Positions 47,179 through 55,632 of a DNA stretch of 64,000 nt are shown here, one piece after another. The position numbers and the translations under genes are program-made. Every line of letters starts with the position of its first letter. The first letter of the stretch is position 1. Source of the stretch: Acidobacteriaceae bacterium (GTDB lineage: Bacteria; Acidobacteriota; Terriglobia; Terriglobales; Acidobacteriaceae). The stretch is taken from positions 29,395 to 93,394 of the forward strand of contig PLIO01000202.1 of assembly GCA_003140075.1 (NCBI GenBank), in the 5' to 3' direction. Below the pieces are notes generated by a model. It did no database searches, was not told the origin of the DNA, and saw nothing but the letters and a program-made list of their open reading frames with translations.

Positions 47179-50100
47179 ATGGGACCGATTGAACGGCTTT
47201 TCTCTTGCATCCTGATGGCGTGCTTTCTTGGAAACTTTGCGCTGGCACAGGGCAGCTACCGGGCACAGCTTCGCGGTGTGGTGTCCGACGCAACGGGAGC
47301 GGTTATTCACGATGCGACCGTAACCATCACGGACGTAGGAACCAATATCTCCAGCACCGCTCGCACCGACGACAAGGGCGAATACTACTTCACTGGTTTG
47401 CGGCCATCCACCTATACGGTAAAGGCTGAGCTGAAGAGTTTTCGGACCACAGAGCGTACGGGTGTGGTGCTGGCCGTCGACCAGGAAGCCTCGCTCAATT
47501 TCACTCTGACTCCCGCCAGCGTAAGTGAGAGTGTTGTAGTCACCACGACCGCGCCGCTGCTGGACACGGACAACGCGACGCTGGGTACAGACATCACCCA
47601 CGAGTATGTGAACGACATCCCGTTGCTCAACCGGGATTACTTCGGGCTAACTTTCCTGGCGGCCGGCGTCACCGAGGTGGCAGGGTCAGGCACAACGGAT
47701 AACTATCCGTCGGGAACAAACTTCACTTCCAACGGGCAGCGCAACGCGACCGCCGAGATACGGTTGGACGGCGCCTTGATCAGCGCTCCGGAACAGGGTG
47801 AGGGCGGAAACTCCAACGTCTACTACGAGCCGTTGCTTGACTCCGTGCAGGAATTTAAAGTGCAGAACAATAGCTTCTCGGCGGAGTTCGGCAACAACGG
47901 TGGCACGGTCGTAAACATGGTTTTGAAGAGCGGGACCAACGCCTTTCATGGCACCGGCTGGTATTTCCTGCAGCGCCCGGGAATAGACGCTCGCGATTTC
48001 TTCAATCCAGCGCCCAGTCCCAAACCAGACAGCCGGCGCGACCAGGGTGGCTTTTCGCTGGGCGGCCCGATCAAGAAGAACAGAACATTTTTTTTTGTTG
48101 ACTTCGAGAAGGTGAGAAGCTCAAGCGCGGTCAGCGGGCTCGTGACCGTACCCACCATGGCGGAACGGCAAGGCGACTTCTCAGGACTTGAGAATAACAT
48201 TTACGACCCGAATGTAAATTGCGGGACGGCGACGAATGTCATCCGGCCGCAGGTTGGCCTTAACTGTAGCGGCCAGCAGATCGGACCTCTCAATCAAATT
48301 CCAGCAGCTGAAATTAACCCCATCGGACTAGCTGTGCTCAATCTCTACCCGCAGCCCAGCAACTCGAACGAATTCGATAACTATAACTACACAACGCTGA
48401 CGCAGGCTCCGGATTACCAGTTCGATATCAAACTAGACCACCAGATCAACGACAAGAATCGCATCAACGGCCGCTACAGCCGAAGCTGGAGCAACTACAC
48501 AACTCCGCTCACCTTAGGCGATAGCTTCGATAATGACGGAATAGCGAGCGGTGTGACCGTGGCGCAAAACGGCTCGTTCGAATATTCCTGGACGGTGAAC
48601 CCGCGGATTATCTGGACCAGCCACGCGGCGGTCGACCGAGTGCACGAATTGTCGCTACCCGGTATCCCCACGATTTCCGGTTTCAACGCCTCACTGCCCG
48701 CGGGAACTCAAGGATTGCCGCCGGTGTTCCAACAGGCCAACGGGATCGATGAGATGCCGACGTTCACGATGCAGGGGAATCTGCCGTGGAATGACCTTTA
48801 CGATCAGTGCTGCATCTACACTAAATTCGGCCACACCCTGGTGAGCTACTCGTCGCAGCTGGTGATTTCCCGGGGATCGCACCTGATCAAGGTGGGCGGG
48901 GAACAGAGAATTTTCTACAACAATTTCTGGCAGCCGAACAACCCGACCGGGCTCTTGACTTTTACGGATGAAGTCACATCTCCGACTCCGAACAGCGACT
49001 ATGATGCAACTGGACTTGTCACCACGGGCAACCCACTGGCCAGCCTGGCTTTTGGATACGGCGACAACATCAACGCCTCGAGTCAGCTGATCGTGACTCC
49101 CTCGGTGGCCAACCGGTCGTTGGAGACAGGGTTTTATATCCAGGATGACTGGAAGGTAAGCTCGAAGCTGACGGTGAATCTGGGTCTGCGCTACGAGTGG
49201 AGTTCGCCCTACACCTCGCGCAATAACCAGCTCGAATTCAGCAATTTCACGGCGGATTCTGGCGTAGGCATCAATCTTGCGAGCCTCCCCAGTACTGCGC
49301 CTGGGGGCACTCTGAGCGCGCAGGCGACTATGCAGAGTATCCCCGGGCTGAATCTTCCGACGACGCAGGAGTTGTATGGCACGACGCAGTTCGCCACGTC
49401 CAGCATGAGGACGGTTCCGACGTACCGCAAGGACATTGGACCGAGGCTGGGCTTTGCCTATGCGTTCGATTCGAAGACGGTGGTGCGCGGCGGAGTCGGC
49501 GTTTATTTTGGAATGAGCCCGGCCACAAATTTCCAGTATCCCGGCTCCGCGTTCCGCAAAACGGCCAACCTGTTTTTTACCAATGACGATTTTGCCACGC
49601 AATCGGCGACTCTGGAAAACCCGTTCCCCAACGGCTTTACCGGTCCGCAGGGTACGCAGTATGGCCAGTTTGCGAACTGGGGCTATCAAAACCCGAACGA
49701 TCTGGGCACGACCGCGGCGCGGGACGCCGACATCTACCAGTGGAATCTGGGAATGCAGCGAGAGCTGCCCAGCGAGATCGTGGTTGGCGTCGACTACGTT
49801 GCCAACCGCAGCACCCATCTACCCTGGTCTGGCACAAACAACCGGGCTTTCATCCCATCGTCTTTGCTGGGGCAGATTTCACAGGCTGTGCATTACGACA
49901 GCGACGTCACTCAAGGTAACGGCATCGGGAACTGCGATGCCAACAGTTGCGTAACCAACTTTCTTCAGACCCTGGTCGGCAACCCATTTTATTCCATGTT
50001 CAATACCCCTTGCACATCAACCCCTTCCAATCCTTGCTTCAATGAAGTTAATTCCAACTACGGCCAATCGACGCTGCCCTTGTCGAATCTGTTAAATAAG

Positions 50101-50967
50101 TACCCGCAATTCGCCGGCGACTTCGAGGGCCTGATGCTGGAGAGCGCGAATTCGTGGTACAACGCGATGCAGTTTCGCTTTCAGAAGCGCACGACGCACC
50201 ACGTTAGCTTCGAAGGTAGCTACACGATCTCGAAGGAGACCGATTATTCTTCGGCAGGTCGGAACAATTGGGTGGGAGCGCTCGGTCTGGGCCTTCCGCA
50301 GCAACTGGATAACCTGTCTGCGGAACACAGCATCGGTGCCAGCGACGCGCCACAGCGGCTCGCGGCCGCCGTGGTTGTAGACCTGCCCGTCGGCCGCAAA
50401 CAATGGATTGGCGGCGCTATGAACCGAGCGGTGGATGCAGTCATCGGAGGCTGGTCGGTCGCCACGATGATCACCCAACAATCGGGGCAACCCATGGCCA
50501 TCGGCCTGAACAACCCGCTTCTGGCCAACGGCAGCCAGCGTCCCGATGTCGTCTGCTCCCAGCTCAAGAGCGGGACCAGCATGCACGACGTGGCCTTGGA
50601 CTGGGAGAATGTGGGATCGGCGGCGAGCCCAACCTCGTATTTCAATGCGAATTGCTTTGCGGACCCGGGCGACCAGATTCCGGGCAACGCGCGACGCTAT
50701 TTTTCCGGCTTACGCGTTGACGGCATCCACAACGCGGATCTGAACCTTTACAAGTCGTTTGTGCCCAAAGAAGGCATGCGGCTGGAAGTGCGAGCGGAGG
50801 TTTTCAACTTCACCAATCACCCGCGCTTTGGGCAGCCGAATTCGGCCGTGGGGAGTGGGCCTGCGGGAAGTTCGACTCAGACGAATCCGTTTTTCGGGAC
50901 GATTTCCGGCGACGCTATTGGGGAAACGCCCCGCTTCTTCCAGTTTGGCGTGCGGTTCGAGTTCTGA
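47179..50967 (+). CDS. TonB-dependent outer-membrane receptor with N-terminal carboxypeptidase-regulatory-like domain (Acidobacteria-type)
   Basis: 1,262-aa ORF with AGGGAGG upstream and the signal peptide ...FLGNFALAQG. It has a CarboxypepD_reg-like beta-sandwich (GVVSDATGAVIHDATVTITD...TDDKGEYYF) and a plug-like segment. The long beta-barrel ends in the OMP terminal motif FGVRFEF. Confidence 0.8.
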   Translation: MGPIERLFSCILMACFLGNFALAQGSYRAQLRGVVSDATGAVIHDATVTITDVGTNISSTARTDDKGEYYFTGLRPSTYTVKAELKSFRTTERTGVVLAVDQEASLNFTLTPASVSESVVVTTTAPLLDTDNATLGTDITHEYVNDIPLLNRDYFGLTFLAAGVTEVAGSGTTDNYPSGTNFTSNGQRNATAEIRLDGALISAPEQGEGGNSNVYYEPLLDSVQEFKVQNNSFSAEFGNNGGTVVNMVLKSGTNAFHGTGWYFLQRPGIDARDFFNPAPSPKPDSRRDQGGFSLGGPIKKNRTFFFVDFEKVRSSSAVSGLVTVPTMAERQGDFSGLENNIYDPNVNCGTATNVIRPQVGLNCSGQQIGPLNQIPAAEINPIGLAVLNLYPQPSNSNEFDNYNYTTLTQAPDYQFDIKLDHQINDKNRINGRYSRSWSNYTTPLTLGDSFDNDGIASGVTVAQNGSFEYSWTVNPRIIWTSHAAVDRVHELSLPGIPTISGFNASLPAGTQGLPPVFQQANGIDEMPTFTMQGNLPWNDLYDQCCIYTKFGHTLVSYSSQLVISRGSHLIKVGGEQRIFYNNFWQPNNPTGLLTFTDEVTSPTPNSDYDATGLVTTGNPLASLAFGYGDNINASSQLIVTPSVANRSLETGFYIQDDWKVSSKLTVNLGLRYEWSSPYTSRNNQLEFSNFTADSGVGINLASLPSTAPGGTLSAQATMQSIPGLNLPTTQELYGTTQFATSSMRTVPTYRKDIGPRLGFAYAFDSKTVVRGGVGVYFGMSPATNFQYPGSAFRKTANLFFTNDDFATQSATLENPFPNGFTGPQGTQYGQFANWGYQNPNDLGTTAARDADIYQWNLGMQRELPSEIVVGVDYVANRSTHLPWSGTNNRAFIPSSLLGQISQAVHYDSDVTQGNGIGNCDANSCVTNFLQTLVGNPFYSMFNTPCTSTPSNPCFNEVNSNYGQSTLPLSNLLNKYPQFAGDFEGLMLESANSWYNAMQFRFQKRTTHHVSFEGSYTISKETDYSSAGRNNWVGALGLGLPQQLDNLSAEHSIGASDAPQRLAAAVVVDLPVGRKQWIGGAMNRAVDAVIGGWSVATMITQQSGQPMAIGLNNPLLANGSQRPDVVCSQLKSGTSMHDVALDWENVGSAASPTSYFNANCFADPGDQIPGNARRYFSGLRVDGIHNADLNLYKSFVPKEGMRLEVRAEVFNFTNHPRFGQPNSAVGSGPAGSSTQTNPFFGTISGDAIGETPRFFQFGVRFEF

Positions 50968-51123
50968 GGCGTGGGCCGCAATCAATGGGTTGGCGGCAAT
51001 ATGAACCGCGCCCTGGACGCCGTCGTTGGAGACTGGTCAATCTCCACCCTGATGACGCAACAATCGGGCCAGCCCATGGCGATCTCGGATAGCTTCGGAC
51101 GATTGGCGAATGGCAGCGAATAG
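50968..51123 (+). pseudogene. Relic fragment of a paralogous TonB-dependent receptor gene (~51 codons)
   Basis: The fragment translates in the same frame as the upstream gene: GVGRNQWVGGNMNRALDAVVGDWSISTLMTQQSGQPMAISDSFGRLANGSE*. It aligns with internal residues PVGRKQWIGGAMNRAVDAVIGGWSVATMITQQSGQPMAIGLNNPLLANGSQ, encoded at about 50389-50541 of the intact gene. I counted roughly two-thirds identical residues by eye. Confidence 0.55.
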
Positions 51124-51262
51124 CACCCTTGGGCCACTCATTCCCGGATCGTGCCATTGCCACGGCGCGACTCCGGCCTGAGGATACTCGTGCTTGGGAA
51201 ATGGCACTCTAGATTGAATGCTATTTCCGGCGGACAAACGAGAGCGGATCAAGAGAATCAAA

Positions 51263-52117
51263 ATGCTGGAAATGAATTCAAGAGCGGCGCTGGCCGGACC
51301 TGCGATGAATCAGGCAAACCAGCAACATCGTCGGCTCCTGGTCGCGCTCACCCTTCTGCTCGTTGCTCTCGCCGTTGTTCTGGTAAAAGACCGCGACTTC
51401 TGGTTTGGCTCGGACGACGCGACTGACTCTGAAGCCGCGAGCTCGGAAAGCTTTACGAAGGCTGCGGCGGTCGCTGTGCCAGCCAAGACCGGCGAAGCTC
51501 CCGCGTCGCGCGCAGTGATCGCGAAGAACCGGATCGCTTCGAAGACGGCCACCGAACTGGCGGCCCAAGAGACATTAAATCAAGAGACGTTCCATAAAGA
51601 GACATTACATAAGGACGCTGCTGCCCAGGACTCGCCGGTAGTCGCAACCAGCCGGGTTGTCCTGCCTCCGCTGGATGTCGAAGTGGTTGCCGGCGACACG
51701 CACCGCACTGTTCATCCGGGAAGCAGTTTCGCAAAAGTGCAGATTGCCAGCGACTCAACCCGCAACTCAACCGTCAGCGCATCAGATGTGACGCTGCCTT
51801 CGAATGCAGCCGAGCGCGAGCATCTTTCTACCGCGAGTATTCCAGAACAAACGGTTGACGCCTCGTATCCCTTGCTGGGGCAGCACGCTCGAGTGCAGGG
51901 TTCGGTGGTGTTGCAGGCGGTAGTTGGCGCCGACGGCACAATCGAAGACCTGCGCGTGCTGAGCGGTCCCGCCATACTCACTGCTGCGGCGCAGCAAGCA
52001 GTCCGCCAGTGGCGCTTCAAGCCCTATCTCCAGAACGGACAGCCGGTCGAGACCAAAGCCAGAATCACCGTCAACTTCTCGATTCGGATCTCCGACAACC
52101 CTCCCCAAACGAGCTAG
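51263..52117 (+). CDS. tonB: Energy transducer TonB
   Basis: ~284 aa from ATG 51263. It has an N-terminal TM segment (LLVALTLLLVALAVVLV) and a low-complexity spacer with the QETLNQETFHKETLHK repeat. The C-terminal TonB domain is YPLLGQHARVQGSVVLQAVVGADGTIEDLRVLSGPAILTAAAQQAVRQWRFKPY. Confidence 0.75.
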   Translation: MLEMNSRAALAGPAMNQANQQHRRLLVALTLLLVALAVVLVKDRDFWFGSDDATDSEAASSESFTKAAAVAVPAKTGEAPASRAVIAKNRIASKTATELAAQETLNQETFHKETLHKDAAAQDSPVVATSRVVLPPLDVEVVAGDTHRTVHPGSSFAKVQIASDSTRNSTVSASDVTLPSNAAEREHLSTASIPEQTVDASYPLLGQHARVQGSVVLQAVVGADGTIEDLRVLSGPAILTAAAQQAVRQWRFKPYLQNGQPVETKARITVNFSIRISDNPPQTS

Positions 52118-52209
52118 GCCGCCGAGTCGAACCTTCGCATCCACCCCAACTGACAAAATTGTGATACTTAGTATCGAAATTATTCATGAACAGGGCACGC
52201 AGTGGTAAC

Positions 52210-52238
52210 TTGACGCGGTAGTTGGTTCGGCCTACTAT
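52210..52238 (+). promoter_or_regulatory. Candidate sigma70-type promoter of the sulfur-assimilation leader (TTGACG-N17-TACTAT)
   Basis: Near-consensus hexamers with optimal 17-nt spacing. The -10 hexamer ends 9 nt before ATG 52248. Confidence 0.4.
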
Positions 52239-52247
52239 CTTCGTAGA

Positions 52248-52337
52248 ATGATACATTTTAGCAGTCTTCGCCAGATGTGTATGTGTGCATGTTGTTGTGC
52301 ATGCGTGTGTTCTGGCGCAGGGAGGCTGCTGACTTAG
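52248..52337 (+). CDS. Cysteine-rich leader peptide (29 aa: MIHFSSLRQMCMCACCCACVCSGAGRLLT; alternative start ATG 52275 gives 20 aa)
   Basis: Small ORF with 7 Cys codons (6 TGT, 1 TGC) within 11 codons (52278-52310). It lies between a promoter-like element and a strong terminator, directly upstream of the sulfite reductase operon. It is not in the ORF track because it is under 60 aa. Confidence 0.65.
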   Translation: MIHFSSLRQMCMCACCCACVCSGAGRLLT

Positions 52338-52391
52338 AAGTTTCATAAGCATCATCAGCAATCATCACCCACCGCCAGAGAGCCTCTGGCG
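52269..52391 (+). promoter_or_regulatory. Four-segment attenuator core: CGCCAGA (52269-75) / TCTGGCG (52311-17) / CGCCAGA (52373-79) / TCTGGCG (52385-91)
   Basis: Two exact copies of a 7-mer alternate with two exact copies of its reverse complement. This allows mutually exclusive 1:2, 2:3 and 3:4 pairings. The 2:3 pairing extends through GGG 52320-22 with CCC 52368-70. The Cys codons sit in the loop between segments 1 and 2. Confidence 0.6.
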
Positions 52392-52403
52392 GTGGTTTTT
52401 TTT
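52369..52403 (+). terminator. Strong intrinsic terminator (attenuator) upstream of sulfite reductase
   Basis: A perfect 12-bp stem, CCACCGCCAGAG (52369-80) paired with CTCTGGCGGTGG (52384-95), has a 3-nt loop and is followed by eight T (52396-52403). The sir ATG lies 27 nt downstream. Confidence 0.85.
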
Positions 52404-52429
52404 GCACCTCAAGTTGAGAAGGTCAATTT

Positions 52430-54148
52430 ATGGCAAGTCGTCCTATGGCAAGTCCAGTCAAAGAAACCAAGGCGCAGAAGTCGGAACGCCTGAAGCGCGC
52501 CATGAACCCATGGGACGGTCTCTCCGAAATTCGCCGCTTCGCGCGAGAAGGCTTCTCCTCGATTCCAGCCGAGTGGATCGGCACGTATTTCCGATGGTGG
52601 GGTGTTTACACGCAGGGTGATGGAGCGGGGGTGGTCGGCGGCAAGGATGGCCAGGGATTGGCGTTGCCGTTCTTCATGCTGCGAATTCGCATTCCCAACG
52701 GCCTTTTGCGGTCGGATCAGCTACGAACCATCGCCGATCTTACCCGCCGTTATGCGCGCGGAACCGCCGATCTCACGGTGCGGCAGAACATTCAGTTGCA
52801 CTGGATCACGATCGAAGCGCTCCCGGAAGTGCTGGAGCAACTCTGGCGGGTGGGTCTGAATACGACCGGCTCCTGCGGCGATGTCACCCGCAACATTACG
52901 GGCTGCCCCGTCGCCGGCGTGGATGCCGATGAAATCTGCGATGCTTCATCTCTTGCCTTGGAAGCCGATCGTATGCTGGCGGGGAATGCCGAATTCTACA
53001 ACCTGCCCCGCAAGTTCAAGATTTCCATCACTGGATGCCGCGTATGGTGCCCGTACCCAGAGATCAACGATGTGGGCTTCACTGCGCTCCAGCGCGTGGT
53101 GAATGGAAACGCTGAGATTGGCTTTGCCTTGCGCGTAGGTGGCGGACTTTCCACTGAGCCTTACCTGGGCGCACCGCTGGATGCTTTCGTCCGCTGGAAT
53201 CAGGTGCTACCGGTAATTCGTGGAGTCGCCGAGCTGTTTCGCGACTCCGATCAATTGCGCGAACATCGCGAACGGGCGCGGCTTAAATTTCTCTTTCTGC
53301 GACATGGCTGGACGGCACACGAATTCCAAGAAGAACTGGAGCGGCGGATCGGATTTCAGCTTGACCCTGCCGAGCCCGAACAGGCGCCGGCAGACGTCTA
53401 CCGGGATCATATCGGCATCCACGCACAAAAGCAGCCTGGTTTGTGCTATGTGGGGGCCACGGTTCTGCGCGGCAGGATTACGCCCGAACAAATGGACGCA
53501 GCGGCCAATCTGGCCGAACGATTCGCGAGCGGCGAATTACGAACTACCAACATGCAGAACCTCCTGATCGTCAACGTCCCTCGACCGCAGGCTGACGAGT
53601 TAGCCAAGGAACTGGGTGCGATAGGACTGCCGGTTAGCGGGTCACCGTTCTGGCGCGGCGCCATCGCTTGCAGCGGCACGGAGTTTTGCAAGCTGGCGAT
53701 TACGGAAACGAAGAGCTTCTCGCGCTGGCTGGTGGAGGAATTGGAAGAACGTCTGCCCGGTTTCGATCAGCACCTGAAGCTGCACGTCACCGGCTGCCCC
53801 AATAGTTGCGGGCAGCACTGGATCGCCGACATTGGAATTGAAGGCAAGAAGATCAAGGTCGATGGGCAAATGCTGGATGCCTATTACTTCTGCCTGGGTG
53901 GAGCGCTCGGTTTGAATCAATCGATTGCGAGGCCGGTCGGATATCGCTGCCTCGCCACCGAGGTTCCCGAAGCCATCGAGCGGCTTCTGCGCAGGTACCT
54001 CGCCCAGGGAAGTGCGAGCGAGAATCTCCGGCACTTTTTTGCTCGCCACAGCGATACCGAATTACGCGATTACCTGGCCGGACAATCGATCGATCCCGTC
54101 GCCCGTGATGTGCCCGAGGGACGCGTGCCGAGCGGAGTGGAAGGTTAA
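52430..54148 (+). CDS. sir: Sulfite reductase, ferredoxin-dependent type (siroheme/[4Fe-4S] hemoprotein)
   Basis: 572-aa ORF with two nitrite/sulfite-reductase ferredoxin-like half domains. The cluster/siroheme Cys motifs are CSGTEFCKLAITETK and TGCPNSCGQHWIADIG. Confidence 0.85.
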   Translation: MASRPMASPVKETKAQKSERLKRAMNPWDGLSEIRRFAREGFSSIPAEWIGTYFRWWGVYTQGDGAGVVGGKDGQGLALPFFMLRIRIPNGLLRSDQLRTIADLTRRYARGTADLTVRQNIQLHWITIEALPEVLEQLWRVGLNTTGSCGDVTRNITGCPVAGVDADEICDASSLALEADRMLAGNAEFYNLPRKFKISITGCRVWCPYPEINDVGFTALQRVVNGNAEIGFALRVGGGLSTEPYLGAPLDAFVRWNQVLPVIRGVAELFRDSDQLREHRERARLKFLFLRHGWTAHEFQEELERRIGFQLDPAEPEQAPADVYRDHIGIHAQKQPGLCYVGATVLRGRITPEQMDAAANLAERFASGELRTTNMQNLLIVNVPRPQADELAKELGAIGLPVSGSPFWRGAIACSGTEFCKLAITETKSFSRWLVEELEERLPGFDQHLKLHVTGCPNSCGQHWIADIGIEGKKIKVDGQMLDAYYFCLGGALGLNQSIARPVGYRCLATEVPEAIERLLRRYLAQGSASENLRHFFARHSDTELRDYLAGQSIDPVARDVPEGRVPSGVEG

Positions 54149-54154
54149 GAAACG

Positions 54155-54790
54155 ATGAGCAGCTCATTTCCAATGTTTTTGAAACTCGAAGGCAAGCGTT
54201 GCCTTGTGGTGGGCGCCGGCAAAGTAGGCGAACCCAAGATTCTCGGTCTGATCGACACGGGTGCATCCATCCACGTGCTTGCTTTGGAAGCGTCCGACGA
54301 AGTAAAGGAGTGGGCAAGAGCGGGGAAGATTACGCTCGAACTCCGCCCGTTTGTCGAGACAGATCTCGCCGGAGTATTTCTGACTGTGGTAGCCACAGCG
54401 TCACGCACCCTGAACGAGTCGATTTATCGGGAAGCGCAACGGCGTGGAGTTCTGTGCAATGTGGTGGACGTTCCGGAATATTGCGACTTCTACTATCCCG
54501 CCGTTGTGCGCCGGGGCGATCTGCAGATTGCAATCTCCACCAGCGGACAAAGTCCATCGCTCGCCCAAAAGCTCAGGCAGCAGATCGAGCGGCAATTCGG
54601 CCCCGGATATGCGTCATGGGTCGCAGAACTGGGAGCCACGCGAAAGCTCGTGCTGGCCAGTGACCTCAGTCCCCAACGCAAAAGCGATCTGTTGCACTCG
54701 TTGGCCAGCCGTCAGGCGCTGGAAGCCACATTGATCGAAGAGTCCACCGACAGAGAATCCGCGAAAGAGGACAGGAGGGTAACCGTATGA
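54155..54790 (+). CDS. Precorrin-2 dehydrogenase / sirohydrochlorin ferrochelatase (CysG N-terminal-domain / SirC-like)
   Basis: 211-aa ORF with FPMFLKLEGKRCLVVGAGKVG (NAD Rossmann) and the DLQIAISTSGQSP motif. Confidence 0.8.
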   Translation: MSSSFPMFLKLEGKRCLVVGAGKVGEPKILGLIDTGASIHVLALEASDEVKEWARAGKITLELRPFVETDLAGVFLTVVATASRTLNESIYREAQRRGVLCNVVDVPEYCDFYYPAVVRRGDLQIAISTSGQSPSLAQKLRQQIERQFGPGYASWVAELGATRKLVLASDLSPQRKSDLLHSLASRQALEATLIEESTDRESAKEDRRVTV

Positions 54791-55632
54791 ACGGCAAGGT
54801 ATATCTGGTGGGAGCGGGCCCGGGCGATCCCGAACTGCTCACTGTAAAAGCTCTGCGCTTGCTTCGGAGTGCCGACGTGGTTCTTCACGACGATCTCGTC
54901 CCTCGAGAAATATTGAACTTGATTCCGCCAACCGCTCAAGCGCGCAACGTTGGCAAACGTTGCGGGAGCAAGACCATGCGGCAAGAGGAGATCAACTTCC
55001 TAATGGTGACGCTGGCTGGTTCTGGATTGCAAGTAGTACGGCTGAAGAGCGGAGATCCGCTGATCTTCGGCCGGGCCGGAGAAGAGATCGAAGCGCTGCG
55101 ACGATCAACCATCGAATATGAAATTGTTCCCGGCGTCACCTCGGCCCTAGGAGCGGCCGCAAGTCTCGGAATTCCGCTCACCCATCGGAAGATGTCCTCC
55201 ACGCTTGTGCTGACGGCTGGCCATCGGGCTCCCGGCAACGACGACGAGGATTGGAGCCACTTTGCGTCGGACGAAGCGACTCTTGTCGTCTACATGCCGG
55301 GTGACAGGTATGGCGAGATTTCCAGCAGGCTGAAAGCCGCCGGATTCCCGGGCGAGACACCTTGCGCCATTATTTCCCGGGCGACGACTCCAGAGCAGCG
55401 GATACACAGCACATCAGTTTCGGATCTGCATCGAGCGCCGAGGCTCGCGTCTCCAACGCTGCTGGTCGTCGGCGAAGTAGTGAGATTTGCCGCTCATGAT
55501 TTATTCGATCGGGGTTTCGTCGAGGCTACGGCGACCTTCCCTGAACTGGAGCCGGGATTGGCAACTGCGCTGGCGCGACGGGTTCTTTTGCCGCCCGAAA
55601 TCTTGAGAGCAGATGAGGAACACTTGTCATGA
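54787..55632 (+). CDS. cobA: Uroporphyrinogen-III C-methyltransferase
   Basis: 281-aa ORF with an ATGA overlap with the upstream gene. Motifs: VYLVGAGPGDPELLTVKA, VVRLKSGDPLIFGRAGEE and VPGVTSA. Confidence 0.85.
   Translation: MNGKVYLVGAGPGDPELLTVKALRLLRSADVVLHDDLVPREILNLIPPTAQARNVGKRCGSKTMRQEEINFLMVTLAGSGLQVVRLKSGDPLIFGRAGEEIEALRRSTIEYEIVPGVTSALGAAASLGIPLTHRKMSSTLVLTAGHRAPGNDDEDWSHFASDEATLVVYMPGDRYGEISSRLKAAGFPGETPCAIISRATTPEQRIHSTSVSDLHRAPRLASPTLLVVGEVVRFAAHDLFDRGFVEATATFPELEPGLATALARRVLLPPEILRADEEHLS

Noticed and set aside
50965-51123. Programmed TGA read-through or selenocysteine extension of the TonB-dependent receptor into the in-frame downstream fragment.
   Set aside because: The receptor already ends in the canonical OMP C-terminal aromatic motif (RFEF) needed for BAM recognition. 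The extension duplicates an internal barrel segment and ends abruptly. I recognised no SECIS-like hairpin. A deletion relic is more parsimonious.
52071-52361. A 96-aa minus-strand ORF covering the Cys-leader region (MLMMLMKLLSQQPP...THACTTTCTHTH).
   Set aside because: It is the reverse-complement reading of the TG-rich tract and the promoter region. It has no start context or motif and conflicts with the promoter-leader-terminator organisation on the plus strand.
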